A DNA stretch of 58,508 nucleotides from Myxococcales bacterium (lineage in GTDB: Bacteria > Myxococcota_A > Polyangia > Polyangiales > Polyangiaceae), in the NCBI GenBank assembly GCA_043747615.1, contig JAYTOU010000050.1:1-58508 (forward strand), given 5' to 3'. Each line of letters opens with the position of its first letter. Within the stretch, counting starts at the first letter, position 1. Under the pieces are notes generated by a model. The model searched no databases and had not been told where the DNA came from. It worked only from the letters and a program-made list of their open reading frames with translations. Below, piece after piece: positions 36,057-44,653 of the stretch. A program made the position numbers and the translations under genes.

Positions 36057-39000
36057 TCAGCGGGGGACGAAGGTCTTGCACATCGCGTCGCACGAGCTGG
36101 TGCCGTCGCACTGCTCGCCGAAGCTCGATTGCACACGACCGTCGCCGCAATAAGGAGCGAACGCGCAGGCCGACGTGCAGATGCCCGGTCCGTACGCCGT
36201 CGCGGGGGAGACGTTGCCGCTGCCGTGCGACCCGTCGCCGTTGTCGCAGGTCTCGGGACCGTTCTTGATTCCGTCGCCGCAGTAGCCTGCGATTTGGCAG
36301 TTCGTGGTGCAGCCGCCGTAAGCGCCGTTGTTGACGCCGTTGTCGCAGGTCTCGCCGGGATCCTTCACGCCGTTTCCGCACTTGAAGCGGCAGTGAGTGT
36401 CACACGCGTCCGCCGCGGTGCCGTTGTTGGCTCCGTCGTCGCACTGCTCGGGGGGGTTGAGGATGCCGTTACCGCAGGAGACGAGCGGAACGAAGCCTTG
36501 GCAGTTGGTAGTGCAGGACCCGGGGAGCCCGCTGTTCACGCCGTCGTCGCACGTTTCCGAATGGGCGCCATCAACGGCCCTGTCGCCGCAGTAGGGAGCC
36601 GGCGTGCAGCGATCGGTGCACTTCGAGAGACCGTACGCCGTTGCGCTGTTGATAGGGCCTTGATCGCAGGTCTCGGGGGGATTGGTGAGGATGTTGTCAC
36701 CGCAGTAGTTGGCGAGCTTGCATCCGGGGGCGCACGTCCCGTAGGTGCCGTCGTTCTTTCCGTCGTCGCATTGTTCGGAGCCGGTCTGGATCCCGTCGCC
36801 GCAGTACGGACCGAGCGTGCAGTTCGGATTGCACTTGCCGTAACCGCCGGTGTTCGCAGCCGTTCCGTTGTCGCACGTCTCGCCAGCTTCGATGACGCCA
36901 TCTCCACACGCGAGCTTGCATGCAGCGGTGCACTTGTCACCCGTCGCGCCGTTGGATGCGCCGTCGTCGCATTGCTCGGGGGGGTTCTCGGTGATCGAGT
37001 TGCCGCAGCGCGGGCCGAGCGTGCAGTTCGTCTTGCAGTGCCCGTAGCCGCTGCCGTTGAGCGCCGTGCCTTCGTCGCACTGCTCGCCGTTCGAGACGAT
37101 GCCGTCGCCGCAGTAAGGCGCAAATACGCAGCCCGGGCCGCAGGTGGTCGCGACCTGGAAGCCGTAGGTGGAGGAGTTCGTTCCGTCGTCGCACTTCTCG
37201 GCGGGGCTCACGATGGGCGGGCCTTGAACGATGGCGTCGCCGCAGTTGGGACCGTAGCCGGAGCAGTCGGACTTGCACTTTCCGTAACCGCCGGTGTTGT
37301 TCGCGGTTCCGTTGTCGCAGACCTCGGTGCCGGCGACGATGTTGTCGCCACAAATCGGGGCGCAGGTGGTGAGCGTGTGATCGAAGCCGCCGAGCGTCAG
37401 CGTGTAGTTGGAGCCGCAGGTGTGGCGCTCCGCCTGGAACATGGCGATCTCGTACATGCCGCCCTTCGTCAGGCCGAAGGGGTTGGGCGTCGGTGTCGTG
37501 GCGGGCGAGGTCACCGTTCCGAGGGTGACCGTGCCGTTCGTGGGGCCATGCACGCCACCGATGTCGACCGCGAGGATCCCGTTGATGAAGACCCACACGT
37601 CGTCGTCGCCGGTGAAGTCGAACGTCTCGAGGCCCGTACCCTTGTAGGTGAACGCGTAACGGAGCTCGCTCGTGAAAGAGAAGTTCTGGCTACCAAGGGC
37701 GCTGCAGTCGCCGTCCGTTTGCGGAGTGCCGCTCGCGTTCCAGCCGAGCCCGTTCACGGGGTAAAAGGTGTTGCTCGTGAACTTGTAGATCCCGGAGTTC
37801 ACGGGGGGAGACGTCTCCGGGAGCGTCAGCGTCGTGGGCTTGCCCGCGAGATCGAGGTAGACGAGCTTGTCGTAGGGGTTGAGGGTGCCCGAGGTGCCGC
37901 ACTCGGGGGAGTTCGCGGTGGCCGTGTCGTGGTACCACCAGCAAAAGTTCAAAGCCGTGGTGAGCGAGGGTTTGCTTGCCACGAGGTTGCCGTGGGTGCT
38001 CAGGAAGACGGGCTTGCCGTCCAAGTCGAGGTTCGGCTTTACGAGCCCCGTCGCCCACCCGTTATTCAAGTTGTTGAAGTCGGGGTGTCCGTTGGTCGTG
38101 CCGTTGTACCGCATGTCGCGGTAGAGGATCGGGATGGTCAGAGAAGCGGGCGGAGTCGACGTCACGTTGTTGCAGGTGAAGCCCGCCTCGAGCGTGCACG
38201 TGGCGCTGCAGCCGTCGCCGGAGAACGTGTTGCCGTCGTCGCACGCCTCACTGGGGAACTTCAGGCCGTCGCCGCACACCGCGGTGCACGTTCCGCCCGC
38301 GCACTTGGGCTCGATGGTGCACGTCGGCGAGCAGCCGTCGTACGGAATGAGGTTGCCGTCGTCGCACTGCTCGAAGCCCTCGGGCTGCGCGTAGATCGGG
38401 AACGGCGCGTGGTTGTCGCCGCATACCGTGGCGTGGCAGACGGACTTGCTGCCCACGGCGCCGATGCAGGCAAAGCCGGGCTCGAGCTTGCACGTCGCGC
38501 TGCAGCCGTCGCCGGAGACGTTGTTGTTGTCGTCGCACTGCTCGCTGCCCGCGCGGATTCCGTCGCCGCACTTCTTCGCCGTGCACCTCACGCCTCCGAC
38601 AATCCCCGCGGGAGGGCCGACGACGGACACCTGGGCGCAGGTCCAGCCGGCCTCGAGCTGGCAAGACAACGTGGGTGTCGCATTTCCGGCGCTGCAACCA
38701 TCGCCCGAGAGCGAGTTGCCGTCGTCGCAGGTCTCGGCGCCCTCGACCTTACTGTCGCCGCAGACCGGCTTGTACGTGCAGGGCATGCCCGCGGTGAGAC
38801 ACACGTAGTTCGGCTCGGTGTGGCAGGTCGAGGTGCAGCCGTCACCCGAAGTCGCGTTCCCGTCGTCGCACGTCTCGGTGAGCGCGGCGGTGACGATGCT
38901 ATCGCCGCAGTAACCGATCTTCGTGCACGCAGCGCCCGCCGTGGGGCAGGTGTAACCGGCCTCGACCGCGCAACCACTGCTGCAGCCGTCGAGCGAGTTC

Positions 39001-40034
39001 ACGTTGCCGTCGTCGCACTGTTCGGTGCCCGCCACGATGCCGTCGCCGCACTTGTTCGTCGGCGCTGCCGTACAAGGACCGCCGGCGCCTGAAGTGTTCG
39101 GGCAGGTGTAACCCGCCTCGACGAAGCTGCAGTCCGCAGCGCAGCCATCGCCCGCAACGGTGTTCGAGTCGTCGCATGCTTCGCCCGGATCTACTTTGCC
39201 GTTTCCGCAGATCCAGATCCGGACGCAGGCGATGCCCGCGGTCGGACAGGCGTAGCCGGGCTCGAGGTGGCAAACGCCGGAGCAGCCGTCGCCCGAGACG
39301 GCGTTGTGGTCATCGCACTGCTCGGTGGCCGATTGGATGACGCCGTCGCCGCAGTACTGCAGCCTCACGCACGGCGAGCCAGGCGTAGGGCAAGTGAAGC
39401 CGGTCTCGATGTGACAGATGCCATCGCAACCGTCGCCCGGGCTGGTGTTGCCGTCGTCGCACTGCTCGCCCGTGTTGACGGCGCTGTCGCCGCACTTCGG
39501 AGCAATGACCGGCACGCACGCCACGCCCGGCGTCGGGCAGGCAAAACCGGGTTCGACCTGACACGAAGAAGAGCAGCCGTCGCCGTTGGTTATGTTGTGG
39601 TCGTCGCATGCTTCGGCGCCCTCGATGATGCCGTTGCCGCAGGTGACGGTTACCGTGTAGACGCAGGCGGTGCCGGGGGTGGGGCAGGTGTAGCCGGGCT
39701 CGATCGTGCAGACGCCCGAGCAGCCGTCGCCGGGACGCGCGTTGCCGTCGTCGCACGTCTCGGTACCGCCGATGACTCCGTCACCGCAGACGACGACGGG
39801 CGGTGCGCAGGTATCCCCGGTGCATCCGGTGTCCGTTACCGTCGCGTCCAAGGTCGTCATTCCCGAGTCGGTGAATGACGGCCCGCCGTCCGGATCGGAC
39901 GTTCCGCCCTCGTTATCCACGCCCGTGTCGGGGTTGAAGACCGACGGGTCCCCGCCACCGCCGCCGCAGGAGACTGCGGCAAGGAGTGAAGCGAAGAGTG
40001 CGACGAGAACAATTCTGGGCTGCCGTCCGCTCAA
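36057..40034 (-). CDS. Giant Cys-rich repeat (DUF4215/Myxococcus Cys-rich) lipoprotein with a central fibro-slime (PA14-like) domain
   Basis: GGAGG RBS before TTG 40034; lipobox AVSC; about 23 CG(D/N)x..ExCD repeats; HPDF, NFSFTSELRY.F, FDFTGDDDVWVFING.LAVDIGGVH, FQAERH..SNY.LTL. Confidence 0.9.
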   Translation of the reverse strand: MSGRQPRIVLVALFASLLAAVSCGGGGGDPSVFNPDTGVDNEGGTSDPDGGPSFTDSGMTTLDATVTDTGCTGDTCAPPVVVCGDGVIGGTETCDDGNARPGDGCSGVCTIEPGYTCPTPGTACVYTVTVTCGNGIIEGAEACDDHNITNGDGCSSSCQVEPGFACPTPGVACVPVIAPKCGDSAVNTGEQCDDGNTSPGDGCDGICHIETGFTCPTPGSPCVRLQYCGDGVIQSATEQCDDHNAVSGDGCSGVCHLEPGYACPTAGIACVRIWICGNGKVDPGEACDDSNTVAGDGCAADCSFVEAGYTCPNTSGAGGPCTAAPTNKCGDGIVAGTEQCDDGNVNSLDGCSSGCAVEAGYTCPTAGAACTKIGYCGDSIVTAALTETCDDGNATSGDGCTSTCHTEPNYVCLTAGMPCTYKPVCGDSKVEGAETCDDGNSLSGDGCSAGNATPTLSCQLEAGWTCAQVSVVGPPAGIVGGVRCTAKKCGDGIRAGSEQCDDNNNVSGDGCSATCKLEPGFACIGAVGSKSVCHATVCGDNHAPFPIYAQPEGFEQCDDGNLIPYDGCSPTCTIEPKCAGGTCTAVCGDGLKFPSEACDDGNTFSGDGCSATCTLEAGFTCNNVTSTPPASLTIPILYRDMRYNGTTNGHPDFNNLNNGWATGLVKPNLDLDGKPVFLSTHGNLVASKPSLTTALNFCWWYHDTATANSPECGTSGTLNPYDKLVYLDLAGKPTTLTLPETSPPVNSGIYKFTSNTFYPVNGLGWNASGTPQTDGDCSALGSQNFSFTSELRYAFTYKGTGLETFDFTGDDDVWVFINGILAVDIGGVHGPTNGTVTLGTVTSPATTPTPNPFGLTKGGMYEIAMFQAERHTCGSNYTLTLGGFDHTLTTCAPICGDNIVAGTEVCDNGTANNTGGYGKCKSDCSGYGPNCGDAIVQGPPIVSPAEKCDDGTNSSTYGFQVATTCGPGCVFAPYCGDGIVSNGEQCDEGTALNGSGYGHCKTNCTLGPRCGNSITENPPEQCDDGASNGATGDKCTAACKLACGDGVIEAGETCDNGTAANTGGYGKCNPNCTLGPYCGDGIQTGSEQCDDGKNDGTYGTCAPGCKLANYCGDNILTNPPETCDQGPINSATAYGLSKCTDRCTPAPYCGDRAVDGAHSETCDDGVNSGLPGSCTTNCQGFVPLVSCGNGILNPPEQCDDGANNGTAADACDTHCRFKCGNGVKDPGETCDNGVNNGAYGGCTTNCQIAGYCGDGIKNGPETCDNGDGSHGSGNVSPATAYGPGICTSACAFAPYCGDGRVQSSFGEQCDGTSSCDAMCKTFVPR

Positions 40035-40245
40035 GGTGATGCCTCCTGCAGTCGCCGCGTTTTTTGATGCACGCGCGCAACCGTCCAACATTTCACTCTA
40101 GGGACAAGCCACTCGATCACCAGCGCCGCGAGAGCGCCTCGATCTCTTTTCTCCGCCTTTGTCCGCCCATCGCCTACGTCGGATCATGTCGCTGCATCAC
40201 GAATCAAAAGGTAGGCATAGGCGCACCTGGCGTGGAGGCGCCGCC

Positions 40246-40280
40246 TTGACAACCGCGCGACCATTGTGAACACTGTTCAC
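40246..40280 (+). promoter_or_regulatory. TetR-gene promoter with overlapping palindromic operator
   Basis: TTGACA (40246)-N17-AACACT; the perfect inverted repeat GTGAACA-C-TGTTCAC (40266-40280) covers the -10 and abuts GTG 40281. Confidence 0.75.
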
Positions 40281-40883
40281 GTGAAAACCAACGAAGGCGC
40301 CAACACCCGCACCCGCCTTCTCGATCAAGCGCGCGTGGTCTACCTAGAGGGTGGCGTGGCCCACTTCTCACTGCGTGAGGTAGCACGCCGCGTCGGCGTT
40401 TCAGCCGCAGCAGTCTATCGGCACTTCGACAGCAAGGAGGCCCTGCTCGGTGCGGTGTGCGAGGAGGGTTTTCGCACCTTCTCGAGCTATCTCTTCCGGG
40501 CACTCTCCGAGAAGACCCCGATGGCTCGGCTTCGCGTGGCGGGCGACTGCTACATCCGTTTTGCGCTCGAGAATCCCCACGATTACAGGGTGATCTTCAT
40601 GTCGACCGCCGGCGATCTCGGAGGGCGCCGCAAACCAGAGGCTTCCGGGAAAGAGACCAGCCCGAGCTTCCAGTTCCTCGTCGATCGGGTGCGCGAGTGT
40701 ATGGATACCCATGCCCTCGAACCCGGTGACGCCACGGAGGTCGCGGCCACGGTCTGGGCTCACGTCCATGGCTTGTCGTCCCTGCGGTTGTCCGGGCACC
40801 TCAGCTCCGTCGGTGACGACGCCGCCTTCGCCCGCTTCTTCCGCGCTTCGACCGATCGCTTGCTGCGCGGCTTTGCGCCGTGA
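40281..40883 (+). CDS. TetR/AcrR-family transcriptional regulator
   Basis: FSLREVARRVGVSAAAVYRHFDSKEALL HTH; C-terminal WAHVHGL. Confidence 0.93.
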   Translation: MKTNEGANTRTRLLDQARVVYLEGGVAHFSLREVARRVGVSAAAVYRHFDSKEALLGAVCEEGFRTFSSYLFRALSEKTPMARLRVAGDCYIRFALENPHDYRVIFMSTAGDLGGRRKPEASGKETSPSFQFLVDRVRECMDTHALEPGDATEVAATVWAHVHGLSSLRLSGHLSSVGDDAAFARFFRASTDRLLRGFAP

Positions 40884-40902
40884 GTATTTTTTTGTCCGCG
40901 AA

Positions 40903-40917
40903 GTTAACGATGTTCAC
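40903..40917 (+). promoter_or_regulatory. Second (degenerate) TetR operator
   Basis: GTTAACGATGTTCAC, 12/15 identical to the first palindrome, just before the AGGAG RBS of the next gene. Confidence 0.65.
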
Positions 40918-40931
40918 AAAGGAGATCCCAC

Positions 40932-41411
40932 GTGTCTACTCTCAACGTACGTGCTGCAGGTCGCATCGAAGGTGAGTTCGTCGTCTTCCTCATTGGCATG
41001 CGGATCAATCGCTGGTGGAAGGTGCACCAGTGGTTGCGCGTCGCGTTCGCGATGCCGCGCATGATCCGTGAGCTCACTGCGCACCCCGAGCTCGGCTTCC
41101 TCGGCGCCGAGCAGTGGTTCGGTCGAACCACTCTGATGGTCCAGTATTGGCGGTCGACGGACCAACTGCTCGCGTATGCGAAGAGCCGGACCTCCGCGCA
41201 CTTGCCCGCGTGGAGATCGTTCAACAAGACGGTGGGTACGAACGGCGACGTTGGCATCTGGCACGAGACGTACAAATCGCGTCCGGGCGACTACGAGAGC
41301 GTCTACGTCAACATGCCGCTCTTCGGACTCGCGAGTGCTGGCGCTGCGCTAGCGGCGGAGGGCGCATACGCAAGCGCGGAGGCGAGGCTCGGCGCGACCT
41401 CGGTCGCGTAG
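40932..41411 (+). CDS. DUF4188-family protein
   Basis: [48 protein letters not shown]. Confidence 0.88.
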   Translation: MSTLNVRAAGRIEGEFVVFLIGMRINRWWKVHQWLRVAFAMPRMIRELTAHPELGFLGAEQWFGRTTLMVQYWRSTDQLLAYAKSRTSAHLPAWRSFNKTVGTNGDVGIWHETYKSRPGDYESVYVNMPLFGLASAGAALAAEGAYASAEARLGATSVA

Positions 41412-41423
41412 TCAGGCCGACTC

Positions 41424-42560
41424 TCAATCCATCGGCCATTCCACGGTCTCCCGCAGCGCGCGCTCCTCCGCGGGCGCACTTTCCTGCACCGGTGGTGACG
41501 GAGCCTTCGACTCCAGAGCGGCGACGGCGCGCCACCACGGAACTACGCTCTCGACGCGTGACGGCTCGATCGGCTCACCGAGGCGCGGCATCACGAGCTT
41601 GGCGCCCTTGCTCGGAGCGAGACGGACGAGCGTCTCGGCGGGATCGTCCCAGCCATGCAGTGCAAGATTGAACGTTCCCCAGTGCACCGGGAGAAATGCG
41701 CCGCCGCCAAGCCGAGCAAGGGCCTCGAGCGCGTTCTCCGGGCCGAGATGAATGTCGCCCCACGCGGGGTGGTACGCGCCCACCTCGAGCATCACGAGAT
41801 CGAACGGACCGACACGCTGGCGAATCTCTTCGTACTCGGGGGTGAGGCCGGTATCGCCGCTGAAGAAGACACCGTGCCGCGCCCCACGCATCGCGAAGGA
41901 CGACCACAGCGTTTTGTTCCGGCTGCCGATGGTGCGCCCCGAGAAATGCTGCGAAGGAGTGGCGGTGATGGTGACGCCGCCCCGCGCGAGCGTCGCGTGC
42001 TCCCACCAGTCGAGCTCGATGATGCGCTCCACCGGCACGCCCCACGCTTCGAGGTGAGCGCCGACGCCGAGCGATGTGATGAACGGCATTTCACGTGGCG
42101 CCAGCGCCAGAATCGTCGGGTAATCAAGGTGATCGTAGTGATCGTGCGAGATGATCACTGCGTCGAGCGTAGGCAGGGAAGACACTGCCACTGGCACGGC
42201 TTGGAAGCGCTTGGGCCCCGCAAACTTCAGCGGCGACGCCCGCTCGCCCCACACCGGATCGGTCAGGATGCGCACGCCGTCCATCTCGACGAGCACCGTT
42301 GAGTGCCCAAGCCACGTGGCGCGAAGCCCGGTGTCGAACGGCTTCGTCCACAGCTCGAGCGGATTCACGGAGGGCAGCGGCGAGAACGGTACGCGCCGTT
42401 GGTCACCACAGAAATATTCGCTCACCGTTGGCAACGCGGTGCCGCGCTTGAGGCCTGGGACGGCCGAGTGCGTGTTGTGAAAGCCTCCGTCTGCGTAGCG
42501 CGGCGAGGCCTTACTTCGCTCGAGACGAGCTCCAGCGATCTTTCCTCCGAGAGTCAACAT
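41424..42560 (-). CDS. MBL-fold metallohydrolase (NAPE-PLD/RomA-like)
   Basis: WLGHST, LTDPVW..RASP, SHDHYDHLD, QHFSGR, FSGDTG, PVHWGTF. Confidence 0.9.
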   Translation of the reverse strand: MLTLGGKIAGARLERSKASPRYADGGFHNTHSAVPGLKRGTALPTVSEYFCGDQRRVPFSPLPSVNPLELWTKPFDTGLRATWLGHSTVLVEMDGVRILTDPVWGERASPLKFAGPKRFQAVPVAVSSLPTLDAVIISHDHYDHLDYPTILALAPREMPFITSLGVGAHLEAWGVPVERIIELDWWEHATLARGGVTITATPSQHFSGRTIGSRNKTLWSSFAMRGARHGVFFSGDTGLTPEYEEIRQRVGPFDLVMLEVGAYHPAWGDIHLGPENALEALARLGGGAFLPVHWGTFNLALHGWDDPAETLVRLAPSKGAKLVMPRLGEPIEPSRVESVVPWWRAVAALESKAPSPPVQESAPAEERALRETVEWPMD

Positions 42561-42584
42561 GCGCTTCATTGTAAGGCATGATCC

Positions 42585-43667
42585 TCACGCGCGCAGATAC
42601 CGGATGTCGGGGTTGTCCCGACGCCAGATGACGTTGTCCATGAAGTAGTGGTGAATGCTCACGATCACGAAAATCGCCGCAAAATAGGGCGTTTCTCCGA
42701 GTGCGCCGCGGGCAGGGGCGGTCCGCGATCGAGGGACGAACGCGTCGTCGAGAAACGAGGGCGCGCCGTGAAAGAGAAACCAACCGAGCCCAAGAGCCGA
42801 GAGCCCAAGGACGGCGAGACGAACGCCCACCGGACGACCGAAGAGCGGGGGCCCCTCGGCCTCGCGCGCCTCGTTACGTTTCATCAACCAAACGAAGTAG
42901 AGATACTGAATGGAGTGCAGCGCGGGGATCGCATACCGCATCAACGGGTCGATGCTCGAGTAGATCGTCCACGACCAGACGGTGATGAGCAGTCCGCTGA
43001 CGGGGGCGAGGGGAAGTCTCTTTCCGCCGCGTCGCCAGTTTGCCGCAAGAACGAAGGCGAGAGCGATCGTGCTAAGCCCGAAGACGGCTCCGGTGGCGCG
43101 CTCGAGCCAGTGCGGGTGCGCGAGCGCGCGATAGACGACGCCTTTCTCCTCGAACTCTCCGGCGGCGAGAGCCGGGCTTGCCCAGGCGTACGCCCACCCG
43201 GCGTAGCAATGAAACAGGATGACCGATCGTTCGCGCGGGCTCACGCTGACTCCGCGCCGCGCCGACAAAACCGTGACCACGCCGAATCCCTGCTTCACAT
43301 AGTGCCAGCCCACGAGAAGGAACATCAGCTGCACCATCCAGCCGAGGGCCTGCGCGGAGCGGAGGCTCAGCGCGACCAAGGCCCAGACGACGAGACCCGC
43401 CGGCACCAAGAGCCCTACGACCAGGTAGCGAATTCGCTGCGAGAGTCTGATTTCTCCGTCGAGCGCGCGTTTCGTGGCGTCCTTGTAGAAGAGAAGGTAG
43501 GTCACCGCGAAGTGCGGATCGTTGACCACGAAGGCCGCGTAAAATGTGAGGAAGCCGACCGCGTATTCGGAAGAGTCGAGCCCGACGCGCCAGCGAAGGA
43601 GCCACGCGAGGGGAAAGAGCACGAGCGTCGCACCGCCCACGGCCATGAACTCGACCACCCGGTGCAC
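42585..43667 (-). CDS. Multi-TM membrane protein with conserved His motifs, function unknown
   Basis: NDPHF..TY, GWHYVKQGFG, PALHSIQY, IHHYFMD.VIWR. Start uncertain. Confidence 0.75.
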   Translation of the reverse strand: MHRVVEFMAVGGATLVLFPLAWLLRWRVGLDSSEYAVGFLTFYAAFVVNDPHFAVTYLLFYKDATKRALDGEIRLSQRIRYLVVGLLVPAGLVVWALVALSLRSAQALGWMVQLMFLLVGWHYVKQGFGVVTVLSARRGVSVSPRERSVILFHCYAGWAYAWASPALAAGEFEEKGVVYRALAHPHWLERATGAVFGLSTIALAFVLAANWRRGGKRLPLAPVSGLLITVWSWTIYSSIDPLMRYAIPALHSIQYLYFVWLMKRNEAREAEGPPLFGRPVGVRLAVLGLSALGLGWFLFHGAPSFLDDAFVPRSRTAPARGALGETPYFAAIFVIVSIHHYFMDNVIWRRDNPDIRYLRA

Positions 43668-43918
43668 GGCGGGAAGGTACCACCGACCGGGTGGGGTACG
43701 CTCTGCAGCGTGGATACGCCGAGCTCTTTCGCGTCTCTCTCTCCGGTGCCAAGACGGAGAGCGCGGTCGTGAAGTGGGTAAAGCCGCCTGCTCATCAGGT
43801 CGAATCCGACGCTTCGCATGCGCGCACACGTAAGCGCGCTCGAGGCCGAGTGGCGCGCGCTCTATACGATCGCGTGCGCTGACTATGATCGCTTTCTCGC
43901 AGGATGGATGAGGCCCCG

Positions 43919-44653
43919 ATGACCCCCGCGTTTTTCTTCGATCGACAGAGACTGCGCGCTCTCGCCCGCGATCGCCGCGAAAGTTATGGCTCTGCGCGTC
44001 CATTCCCGCACGCCGTTTTCGACCGGTTCTTGGGCGAAGCGATCGCCGTGCCTCTCGCCGCATCGTTCCCGCGTCCCGAGCATCCTGGCTGGATGCGCCG
44101 CGACTACGAGGAGCAGGCCGCGCGTCTCGGTCAACTTCAGCGAACGGGCTTCGAAGGGGTCGATCCAGCGATCCGGCACCTGCTCAATGAGCTCTGCGGA
44201 ATGGCGTTCCTCGACTTTCTCTCGGCCCTCACCGGGATCGAGGGGTTGATCCCCGACGCGCATTTTCGTGGCGCGGGCCTCTCGCTGACCTTACCCGGAG
44301 GCCATCTCGCGCTCCACGCGGACTTCAATCGCGATCGCGCCCGGCACCTCGAGCGAAGGGTCACCGTCCTCTACTACCTCAACGAGGACTGGAGTCCCGC
44401 GTGGGGCGGCGCACTCGAGCTGTGGGACGAATCACGAACGACGTGCGAAGCGTCGGTTCTCCCGCTGCTCGATCGGCTCGTGGTCATGACGCACGGCGAC
44501 GCGTACTGGCATGGTCATCCTGTGCCGTTAGGGTGCCCCGACGGCCGCTTTCGCGCGTCGATCGCCGCGTACTACTATGTCGCCGCTCCGTCGCCTGCGG
44601 AAGACGACGCGCACGGCGCCATCTGGGTCAAGCCGCTTCCGGACGAGGATTGA
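43919..44653 (+). CDS. 2OG-Fe(II) oxygenase (prolyl-hydroxylase-like)
   Basis: PFPH.V.D.FL, HADFN, YLNEDW...WGG.LELW, WHGHP, R.S. Start 43904 or 43919. Confidence 0.88.
   Translation: MTPAFFFDRQRLRALARDRRESYGSARPFPHAVFDRFLGEAIAVPLAASFPRPEHPGWMRRDYEEQAARLGQLQRTGFEGVDPAIRHLLNELCGMAFLDFLSALTGIEGLIPDAHFRGAGLSLTLPGGHLALHADFNRDRARHLERRVTVLYYLNEDWSPAWGGALELWDESRTTCEASVLPLLDRLVVMTHGDAYWHGHPVPLGCPDGRFRASIAAYYYVAAPSPAEDDAHGAIWVKPLPDED

Noticed and set aside
36057..40034. TraA kin-recognition receptor
   Set aside because: It has a PA14-like domain and Cys repeats, but the domain is central, there is no MYXO-CTERM tail and no adjacent traB.
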